From Lingula anatina (Eukaryota; Animalia; Brachiopoda): 64,000 nt of DNA. Below the pieces are notes generated by a model. It did not search any database. It was given only the letters and a program-made list of their open reading frames with translations, and was not told where the DNA came from. A program made the translations under genes and the position numbers. Each line of letters begins with the position of its first letter. The stretch's first letter is position 1. The stretch lies in NCBI GenBank assembly GCA_051362555.1, contig CM120640.1, forward strand, positions 40,402,788 to 40,466,787. Reading direction: 5' to 3'. Below, piece after piece: positions 1 to 10,452 of the stretch.

Positions 1-821
1 ATTACAGTACTCGACAATGAAGTGATGACCAAGATATTTGCAAGGTGCTTGGCCCTGCAAAGTGTTCTTCAGACCCAGTGGTTGTGTCCTTATATTAGGC
101 CTAGATCAATAGTCTTCAGGCATAACCCTATCGTGGTGAGAAAAAAATTTAAGTTTTTGTTACATAAAATGAACTCGAGTGAAAAAACGTTCGAAGCATT
201 ATTTGTTGACAGTCAAGGGAATATTAAATCCTGTTGCACATTGTGATTGTAAGTAAATGTAATATATATTAATTATTGGGTCACATTATGCAGCGTTTGA
301 CACTCGCACTCGCCAGCATGCCAGCACAATGCGAGTAAAAATTAAATCTGGCGTGTGAAATTTATGATGCAAGTCACCATTTCGGCGAGTATATTTATGT
401 CAACTTTCTATATTAAGTGTATCGGCAAAATTTAGATTCAATAAAAGTCCGATTGACATGCCAATATTTACGGGGATGTTCAGGGAATTCCCCTAACTGC
501 TAACCTCGTTTTTACTTTCATAAGTAATAATCGTGATTGGTTGATGTTGAGGAATTCTGTAGTGACGTATTCACAGTCTCTTTTGAAAACCCTAGCCTTT
601 GATTGCACAACGGAGTTTGACAAAGTACGTCTTGGGATTATGCGCAGTCGATACTTCCGGGAGAAAGCGTGCAAGTGGATCATGGAGCAGATTTGAAGAT
701 TACGAACGTCCTGTAGAAGGGACTGAGAACGTCTCAGAATCGGCATCAAGTGATGAGTAAACAAAATCAAAGCAGAAATGAACTGATGCAAGCTAACTGT
801 CTGAGCTCTCTGACCCAAAGC

Positions 822-910
822 ATGTTTTTGACGTTCTCTAAAAATCTTTTTCTGAGCAGAGCAAAAAAAAAAGTTTTTTCAAAAGCGTGAAGATTAGCAA
901 TGTGTTTAGG
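822..910 (+). other. Putative upstream THG1L exon (donor AGG|gtaaga at 911, acceptor ttcag| before 1737) with a mitochondrial-presequence-like leader, frameshifted as given
   Basis: The exon end joins 1737 in frame with the MANSK ATG (..KSVKISNVFR|VEQIQQ-M). ATG822 (MFLTFSKNLFLSRAKKK) is one base out of that frame across the A10 run at 863-872. Confidence 0.55.
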
Positions 911-1754
911 GTAAGAGAACTTGAATTGCCTACCTTGAGCTAATACAATACAATACAATACCATTCAAATAAAGCAATATAACGAATTTTATTTCACCTC
1001 GGATACACTTTAAATTTTAACAATCTCGTTAGCTTTACAGCTAATCACCGATTTCATCTCAGCCAGAGGGACCTACAGAGTTCAGTAATATTAATAATAT
1101 TTAATTAAAGCTCATTTTAATATTTATCTTGAAACAAGTACTTCTAGAGCCTAAAATGAGTAAAACGATTGATCAAAACAGTTTTTAATTTTATCTTTAT
1201 TTGCATATGACGTATAACTAACTATGCAGCATTGGTACCTGATAACATCTCAATCCTCAGTCATTACCACATGACCTGCACTTGAATATTTGGCTGGTAA
1301 CTTCTTAATAAAACAGGCGAAAGTCTGGCTTGTACATTTTCAGTTTGGCCGGTAACTTTCAAAACTCACTGGCCAAATTGGCCTGTGCTATTTCAAACGA
1401 AGGTCAAACACTGATTATGAGGAAAAACATTCTTTACACTTACGTAACCTGAACAATAATTAAATTTGGAAGTCAACAGTTTTTAGTGGGAATACCCGAG
1501 ATAACGAAAATTGATTTGAGGGCATGAGAAAGCACTTTGATATTAGCGCAGTACTCGGTGCAAACACCTGATAGCAAAATCCTCAAATGTGTGAAATGAC
1601 AACCAGTTTGCACATGCTCGCTTCATTTTCATTAAAGTTGTTTATTCCTTTTTGTCAGGCTTTTTACTAGAAAAATGGGGCTATAATGATGGAACTTGAT
1701 CTTTGTAATGTTTTATTACTATTTTTATTGCTTCAGGTAGAGCAAATCCAGCAA

Positions 1755-4700
1755 ATGGCCAACAGTAAGTTTGAATATGTCCGCAAGTTTGAGACAGAAG
1801 ACAGGTGCTTGCCAAATTGCTGGATAATAGTGAGAGTGGATGGAAAAGCTTTTCATAAGTAAGATTTCAGTTATAAGTGGAGACTAAAATTGAAATATTA
1901 AATTGAGTAAAACTGAAAATTATGTAATATCTTTTATTTGAGTAGTGTGTTACATATTACATTTATTTCTTGAGAATGAGATGCATGTGTATCATTAAGT
2001 TGTATGTGAAAGTTGTAGAAATCTTTGGATGTGCTCCTGTCAAGGAAATAACATAAAAGTATTTATAATCTTGGCATGGTTGTGTGCATTTATTTCTATT
2101 ATTTTTTTTCAGGTTTTCAGATCTTCACAAGTTTGTCAAGCCTAATGACGATCGCTCTTTGAATCTGATGACAAAGGCAGCAGAGACTATTTTACAAGAA
2201 TTTGATGACATTGTTCTGGCTTATGGACAAAGTGATGAATACAGTTTTGTTTTTAAAAAAAACACAAAAACATACAACAGGAGACAAAGGTGAGATGTGA
2301 TCAGGTTATATTATTAATTTAAGATGTGTTACATTGCAGTGCTTAAACTCTCTGAGTTATGTAAAGGCAAGAAAACTGGCGTTGTATAAGTTGTGGTGTT
2401 GAAGAATGCAGCAGGTTTTTTTTTTTTTCTTTTTTTTTTAAATCACAGTTTTCACAGTTTTGTGTATTTATGGTGATATTTAAAAATATTTATTAAGGAT
2501 TATGACCCAATATTGGAGAGATATGTCACAGGAATGACCCAACTGATATCTCTTGTTCATGCCCAAGAATTCTGAAAATTATTTTAGATAAAAGTAAAAG
2601 AAAGGCATTTTGATTTTAAGATATTAAATAAGTAGGTTTCAGTGCTTTTGTTTCATCTGTGAAAAGAACACTAGACGTCTCTTTCTTTCTTTCATTTTCT
2701 GTTCCAGTAAGCTGATGACCAATATATCAAGTCTGTTTGCTGCCTCCTATGTATTCTACTGGGCAGACTTCTTTCCAGACACTAAATTGCAGTATCCACC
2801 TTCATTTGATGCCAGGGTGGTACTTTATCCTAGTGATCAAAATCTCAGAGACTACCTTAGCTGGAGGCAGGTAGATTGTGAGTATTGTTTGGCCTATAGA
2901 CAACAATTTCAAAAAGGGGTTCTTTTTATTTAACAAAATGGACCTCTTTAACCTTTTAGTTGACAAATGTTTAAAAATTGCATAGATCAAATTATTTTAT
3001 TATATTCTTTCATTATGTTGATTTTTATGAATATGCTGAAAATAATGACAAAAAAGGTATGGTACTTTGGGATAATTGTACCACCAGCGTTAGCGCTGGC
3101 GGTACACATGGTTTTAGTCCCGTCTGGTCCGTTCCGCCGGCTCCTGCGGCTCCGCCGGCTCCGCCGCCATGTTACCGTTACCGCTTCTCCTCCTAGACGG
3201 TAAGGGCCCCCATACCCATCTCTTGGATTTAGGTCACCTATAATCTCAACTCGTTCCACGTAAAATTTGGGCTTTGTCGGTATTGGGGTCTAGGTGTGGC
3301 ACTCATTGCAATGCACCCTTGTCCAAAAATGGCAAAATTAAATGCTAATTATCTACCCTACAGAAGGAGTTATGGGAAAAATTTCTACAGACGGCTTTCC
3401 AAAAGTCATATGTGTAGATTTCAAATATGCCCTTGGATTTGACCTTTGACCTTTAAATCAAGGTCAAACGGGCAAAAATTTTCAAAAAAATGAATTTTTT
3501 TACGAAAAAAAATTTATTTGCGCTGTTATTCAGACACCACACAGACTTAACCAATAATATTATTGGAAAATGTTACCCTTCAGGTCATCTTTCATCTGTG
3601 TGAATTTGGGGTCAATCGGTGCATTTTCACGGGTGAAGCGGCCATAAGATACCGAAACTGAAAACTGTCTCTAATTCGGGAACCGTTAATGCTAGAGACC
3701 CATTCTTTTTTGCATTTTGTAGAGCATGTAAAGCCCAACACTGGAGGTGGTCTCCGTTTTTTTGTATTCCATACGGTTTTCGAGTTACGCTGTATCAAAA
3801 AGTACATATTGGTGGTGAAAGCAAAATGTGCAGTACGGTAATGGATAATAAATTTTGAACTCTGGAAAAATAAAACATAAGGCTTGGCAAAGCAGACAAC
3901 TTGTGGTCAAAAATGACATTATTTCATCAAATTTGAACTTCTGGAACTTCAGAGCACCTCCCATTTCAAGAATTTTGACCAAAATGACCTTTTCTTTATT
4001 TTAATTAATTTTTTCTGTAGGAAATTTATGGCACATTAAGGTAACTCCGAAATTATAACATTTAGTCCCTTATATCTCCAAAACTGGCAGAGATAGGTCC
4101 ATAGTTACTATTGAAGTTGAATAGGAAGTCATATACTGGCAATCTTACTGTGACCTTGAAATTGACCTTTGACCTACTTTTCATCATGAACTGAACTTTG
4201 CAAGTTTTGCTTCCCTTTTATCTCCAAAGTTACGCTGTATCAAAAAGTACATTTTGGTGGTTAAAGCAAAATGTGCAGTACGGTAATGGATAATAAATTT
4301 TGAACTCCGGAAAAATAAAACATAAGGCTTGTCAAAGCAGGCAACTTGTGGTCGAAAATGACATTATTTCATCAAATTTGAACATCTGGAACTTCAGAGC
4401 ACCTCCCATTTCAAGAATTTTTACCAAAATGACCTTTTCTTTATTTTAATTAATTTTTTCCGTAGGAAATTTATGGCACATTATGGTAACTCCAAATTTA
4501 TAACATTTAGTCCCTTATATCTCCAAAACTGGCAGAGATAAGTCCATAGTTACTATTGAAGTTGAATAGGAAGTCATGTACTGGCAATCTTACTGAGACC
4601 TTGAAATTGACCTTTGACCTACTTTTCACCATGAACTGAACTTTGCAAGTTTTGCCTCCCTTTTATCTCCAAAAATGGCAGAGATAGGTCCATAGTTTTT

Positions 4701-5656
4701 ATTGAACTTGAATATGAAGTCATATACTGGCAATCTAAATGTGACCTTGAAATTGACCTTTGACCTACCTTTCACCATGAACTGAACTTTGGAAATTTTG
4801 CTTCCCTTTTATCTCCAAAACTGGCAGAGATAGGTCCATAGTTACTTTTGAACTTGAATAGGAAGTCATATACTGGTAATCTAAATGTGACCTTGAAATT
4901 GACCTTTGACCTACTTTTTATCATGAATTGAACTTTGCAAATTTTGGTTCCCTTTTATTTCCAAAACTAGCGAGATAGGTCCATAGTTACTATTGAACTT
5001 GAATAGGAAGTCATATACTGGCAATCTAAGTGTGACCTTGAAATTGACCTTTGACCTACTTATAATCATGAACTGAACTCTGCTAATTTCTTTCTCTTTT
5101 AACTCCAAACCTGGCAGAGATAGGTCCATAGTTACTATTGAAGTTGAATAGCAAGTCATATACTGGCAATTTACTGTGACCTTGAAATTGACCTTTGACC
5201 TACCTTACGATGAACTTAACTTTGATTGTACCATTTTAAGTTATATATATATTTTTGCGTATTTTGAAAATTCTTGTTGATTGCATAATGATTCAAGCAT
5301 AAGACTGGTGGCTGTGTCCCTTATTTTGTGTATGTGGGGGTCTATACGAATGCGCTTGCTCCAGCTGGTGGTACAATATTCGGAGGCGGTATCGCCTCTC
5401 TGATCCTCTAGTTTTAGTTTTAAAATAGAAGAGAAAGTTTATGAAAATTAATAATTCTGCATGTGATTATTGTATCTGTTTCAGGTCATATTAATAACCA
5501 GTACAACACCTGCTATTGGAACTTGGTTCAAGTTTCAGCACTGAGTCCAGCTGAGGCTCATGGCAGACTGAAGGTAAAAAAAGAATCAATGAACTGAAAT
5601 ATTGCCTGTAAAGCTTTTATCTGGCAGTTGTAAAACAATAGCCTAACCCACCCATC

Positions 5657-5695
<39 letters not shown>

Positions 5696-6434
5696 TTTGA
5701 TTCAAAATTTGATGTGTTTGCTAAATACATTAATTTTAGTTGAATCTGTTTTTATGAAAGTTTACAAGGGCTGCCAAATGACAATTTGTGGCTTATATAT
5801 TATACCTTGACCAGTTTTTCATTTTACTCTTAAAGATGGTCACTTAAGATTTTTTATTCTATTTCCAGGGAACTCTTGCTTCAGATAAAAATGAGTTATT
5901 ATTCTCAGAATTCAACATTAACTACAATAACTTGCCTGAACTGTACAAAAAGGGAACAGTTGTTATAAAAGAACAGGTAGTTTTAAAGTATCTGTATGTG
6001 ACATTTATTGATCCAACATCATGACATGACATAATTTGAGGTTTTTTTTCTATTGACTACATTTCAGACTTTCATACTGGGAATAAAAACTAATTAGAAT
6101 TGATAATTTGTATCTTTTGCCAACTGAATCCGTTGTTAGATAAGTACTGTAATAGATTTAGTCAGGCTCATATGGGTCATTTGTTGAAAAATAAAATGGC
6201 GTTCTTAAGTCCATTTTTTCTCAACTTGTAAAAAAAAATTCAAAATTCAGTATTAACAGTGTTGTTATTTTCCAGGAGGTGACATCAGTACAAAGAGAAA
6301 TTCCAAAGACAGATGGAAGTGGAACGGAAGAAAAGACATTTACAAAAAAACGACCAAAGCTAGTAGCTTTGAATGTTGACATTATCAGGGACACTTTCTG
6401 GAAAGATCATCCATATATTTTAGAGTCGAGTTGA
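1755..6434 (+). CDS. THG1L: tRNA(His) guanylyltransferase (Thg1 family, 3'-5' nucleotidyltransferase), 268 aa; coding exons 1755-1858, 2113-2289, 2708-2877, 5485-5573, 5869-5976, 6276-6434
   Basis: Spliced translation [120 protein letters not shown] contains the Thg1 signature motifs. All introns are GT-AG with compatible phases (807 nt total). Confidence 0.96.
3073..5413 (+). mobile_element. Non-autonomous Helentron/HINE (DINE-1-like) rolling-circle element, copy 1, in THG1L intron 3
   Basis: 14-bp subterminal inverted repeat ATTGTACCACCAGC (3075-3088) / GCTGGTGGTACAAT (5364-5377); 5' hairpin TGTACCACCAGCG-TTAG-CGCTGGCGGTACA; short CCGGCTCCG microsatellite; central tandem array; 3' hairpin GAGGCG-GTAT-CGCCTC (5383-5398); ends CTAGTT. 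A second copy at 6508 shares both ends. Confidence 0.85.
3785..5225 (+). repeat. Composite tandem array inside element copy 1: ~290-bp block A and 146-bp monomer B, ordered A-B1-A-B~5
   Basis: The B anchor (consensus ATCTCCAAAACTGGCAGAGATAGG) recurs at 4074, 4519, 4665, 4811, 4957 and ~5101 (146-bp period). Block A (TTACGCTGTATCAAAAAGTAC...) starts at ~3785 and ~4230. Confidence 0.92.
5660..5692. repeat. (CT)n microsatellite in THG1L intron 4
   Basis: Direct reading. Confidence 0.95.
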
Positions 6435-6507
6435 CACCAACAGTTTCTGCCTGGGAACAGAAGATGTTAGAACAGGATGAATATTTTATTTTAACAAATA
6501 GCATGGG

Positions 6508-9500
6508 TAATTGTACCACCAGCGTTAGCGCTGGCGGTACACATGGTTTCGGTCCCGTCCGGATCGTTCCGCCGGCTCCGTTGGCTCCGCCGGCTCCGCC
6601 GGACGGCTACCATTACCGCTTCTCCTCCTAGGCGGTAAGGCCCCCCGTACCCATCTCTTGGATTTAGGTCACCTATAATCTCAACTCGTTCCACGTAAAA
6701 TTTGGGCTTTGTCGGTATTGGGGTCTGGGTGTGGCACTCATTGAAATGCACCCTTGTCCAAAAATGGCAAAATTAAATGCTAATTATCTACCCTACGGAA
6801 GGGGTTATGGGAAAAATTTCTACAGACGGCTTTCCAAAAGTCATATGTGTAGATTTCAAATATGCCCTTGGATTTGACCTTTGACCTTTACTTCAAGGTC
6901 AAACGGGCCAAAATTTTCAAAAAAATTAAATTTTTTACGAAAAAAAATTTTTTTGCCCTGTTATTCAGACACCACACAGACTTAACCAATAATATTATTG
7001 GAAAGTGTTACCCTTCAGGTCATCCTTCATCTCCGTGAATTTGGGGTCAATCAGTGCATTTTCACTGGAGTAGCGGCCATAAGATGGCGAAACTGAAAAC
7101 TGTCTCTAATTCGGGAACCGTTAATGCTAGAGACCCATTCTTTTTTGCATTTTGTAGAGCATGTAAAGCCCAACACTGGAGGTGGTCTCCGTTTTTTTGT
7201 ATTCCGTACGGTTTTCAAGTTATGCTGTATCAGAAAGTACATATTGGTGGTGAAAGCAAAATGTGCAGTACGGTAATGGATAATAAATTTTGAACTCTGG
7301 AAAAATAAAACACAAGGCTTGGCAAAGCAGACAACTTGTGGTCAAAAATGACATTATTTCATCAAATTTGAACTTCTGGAACTTCAGAGCACCTCCCATT
7401 TCAAGAATTTTGACCAAAATGACCTTTTCTTTATTTTAATTAATTTTTGCTGTAGGAAATTTATGGCACATTAAGGTAATTCCAAAATTATAACATTTAG
7501 TCCCTTATATCTCCAAAACTGGCAGAGATAGGTCCATAGTTACTATTGAAGTTGAATAGGAAGTCATATACTGGCAATCTTACTGTGACCTTGAAATTGA
7601 CCTTTGACCTACTTTTCACCATGAACTGAACTTTGCAAATTTTGCTTCCCTTTTATCTCCAAAACTGGCAGAGATAGGTCCATAGTTACTATTGAAGTTG
7701 AATAGGAAGTCATATACCGGCAATCTTACTGTGACCTTCAAATTGACCTTTAACCTACTTTTCACCATGAATTGAACTTTGCAAATTTTGCTTCCCTTTT
7801 ATCTCCAAAACTGGCAGAGATAGGTCCATAGTTACTATTGAAGTTGAATAGGAAGTCATATACTGGCAATCTAAATGTGACCTTAAAATTGACCTTTGAC
7901 CTACTTTTCACCATGAACTGAACTTTGCAAATTTTGCTTCCCTTTTATCTCCAAAACTGGCAGAGATAGGTCCATAGTTACTGTTGTATTGAATAGGAAG
8001 TCATACTGGCAATCTGAATGTGACCTTGAAATTGACCTTTGACCTACTTTTCACCATGAATTGAACTTTGCAAATTTTTCTTCCCTTTTATCTCCAAAAC
8101 TGGCAGAGATAGGTCCATAGTTACTATTGAAGTTGAATAGGAAGTCATATACTGGCAATCTAAATGTGACCTTGAAATTGACCTTTGACCTACTTTTCAC
8201 CATGAACTGAACTTTGTAAATTTTGCTTCCTTTTTATCTCCAAATTTACGCTGTATCAAAAAGTACATATTGGTGGTGAAAGCAAAATGTGCAGTACGGT
8301 AATGGATAATTAATTTTGAACTCCAGAAAAACAAAACATAAGGCTTGGCAAAGCAGGCAACTTGTGGTCAAAAATGACATTGTTTCATCAAATTAGAACA
8401 TCTGGAACCTCAGAGCACCTCCCATTTCAAGAATTTTGACCAAAATGACCTTTTCTTTATTTTGACTAATTTTTTCTGTAGGAAATTTATGGCACATTAT
8501 GGTAACTCCAAAATTATAACATTTAGTCCCTTATATCTCCAAAACTGGCAGAGATAGGTCCATAGTTACTATTGAAGTTGAATAGGAAGTCATATACTGG
8601 CAATCTTACTGTGACCTTGAAATTGACCTTTGACCTACTTTTCACCATGAACTGAACTTTGCAAATTTTGCTTCCCTTTTATCTCCAAAACTGGCAGAGA
8701 TAGGTCCATAATTACTATTGAACTTGAATGGGAAGTCATATACTGGCAATCTTACTGTGACCTTGAAATTGACCTTTGACCTACTTTTCATCACATGAAC
8801 TTTGCAAATTTTGCTTCCCTTTTATCTCCAAAACTGGCAGAGATAGGTCCATAGTTACTATTGAGGTTGAATAGGAAGTCATATACTGGCAATCTTACTG
8901 TGACCTTGAAATTGACCTTTGACCTACTTTTCACCATGAACTGAACTTTGCAAATTTTGCTTCCCTTTTATCTCCAAAACTGGCAGAGATAGGTCCATAG
9001 TTACTGTTGTATTGAATAGGAAGTCATACTGGCAATCTGAATGTGACCTTGAAATTGACCTTTGACCTACTTTTCACCATGAACTGAACTTTGCAAATTT
9101 TGCTTCCCTTTTATCTCCAAATTTACGCTGTATCAAAAAGTACATATTGGTGGTGAAAGCAAAATGTGCAGTACGGTAATGGATAATTAATTTTGAACTC
9201 CAGAAAAACAAAACATAAGGCTTGGCAAAGCAGGCAACTTGTGGTCAAAAATGACATCATTTCATCAAATTAGAACATCTGGAACTTCAGAGCACCTCCC
9301 ATTTCAAGAATTTTGACCAAAATGACCTTTTCTTTATTTTAATTAATTTTTTCTGTAGGAAATTTATGGCACATTATGGTAACTGCAAAATTATAACATT
9401 TAGTCCCTTATATCTCCAAAACTGGCAGAGATAGGTCCATAGTTACTATTGAAGTTGAATAGAAAGTCATATACTGACCATTTTTAATTATATTTTTTTG

Positions 9501-9659
9501 TATATTTTGAGAACTCCTGTTGATTGCATTTTATAGAGCTTGTCAAGCACAAGACTGGTGATGGTGTCCCTTTTTGGAGGGGGGGGTGCATACGAATGCG
9601 CTTACTCCAGCTGGTGGTACAATATCCGGAGGCGGTATCGCCTCTCTGATCCTCTAGTT
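6508..9659 (+). mobile_element. Non-autonomous Helentron/HINE element, copy 2, ~74 bp downstream of the THG1L stop codon (probable 3' UTR)
   Basis: Same 5' end (TAATTGTACCACCAGCG), subTIR, 3' hairpin and CTAGTT end as copy 1. The first ~1 kb is near-identical and the satellite array is longer. Confidence 0.85.
7220..9477 (+). repeat. Composite tandem array inside element copy 2, ordered A-B5-A-B4-A-partial B
   Basis: B anchors at 7509, 7655, 7801, 7947, ~8091, then four more between ~8535 and ~9115. A blocks start at ~7220, ~8246 and ~9123. Confidence 0.92.
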
Positions 9660-10446
9660 GTCAGTTGTAATCAAAACAAAATGTAGGAAACCAATTCTGT
9701 TTATGTTTTATTTAGCCTGTTAAATGTGTCAAGCATGTGCTACCTTGTAAACGAATTAAAAAAAAAATCTTTTAGGTGGGTGTCGTAATCTGTATCTTTA
9801 TTTAAAATGAACAGTTAGTCCATACAAAGAATAGGCCTTTTTGTAAATGCTCTCTTTGTCGTGTGTTTGTTTTCTCCTCTAAAATGATTCAGGACCTTGC
9901 ATGGTAGTTTGTATCTTAAGTGGGTTCAGAGCTGAAAGTCTCAAGAAAAAGATTTCTCTGATAACCTGTGGTATGTAGACTGTTAAAATTGTATCTCAAG
10001 TTTTGTTTCTTGTGGTATGTTTGATATTGACGGTATGGTGTGTGCCAATTCATGAATAATTAACAGCATTTCTTCATTGCTGTATTCAATTCCCAGGTAA
10101 AGATTACTTGAAGTCCTGTAGCCTCAATCTCTGATGAAGATACAAATTATGAAGCTGTCTTAGTAGTCAATGAAATATTTGAGTGGCAATTATTCTGAGT
10201 TTACATGTTGTTTTACTGTTATAGTTTACAGTATGGCATTCAGTTCAGAAATAGGACGAATAGAAAATTTCTTACAAAAGAAATGTGTTGTTCGTAAAGG
10301 GTCAAAGCTCTTGATGTTAGATAATTTACTAAAACAAGATTGTACCATGTAACCATTTTGATTCACACACATTATTTGGAAGCATAATTTGCATTAAGTT
10401 AAATGTCAGTTATGTTGTTGTGTATTTTGTGATTGTATAATCCACC

Positions 10447-10452
10447 AATAAA
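10447..10452 (+). promoter_or_regulatory. Candidate polyadenylation signal for THG1L
   Basis: AATAAA followed by GT/T-rich sequence (TTGTTTTAGGTGTTTATTTGT), downstream of the element in the 3' region. Confidence 0.3.

Noticed and set aside
480-818. 112-aa minus-strand ORF and other short ORFs at the window start
   Set aside because: No domain similarity; they overlap the probable THG1L promoter/5' region.
2967-3259. Arg-rich and Pro/Ala-rich ORFs (also 6431-6751) and duplicated ORFs at 3592-3982 and 7051-7417
   Set aside because: They are translations of the non-coding Helentron 5' region and its microsatellite; no Rep/helicase motifs are present.
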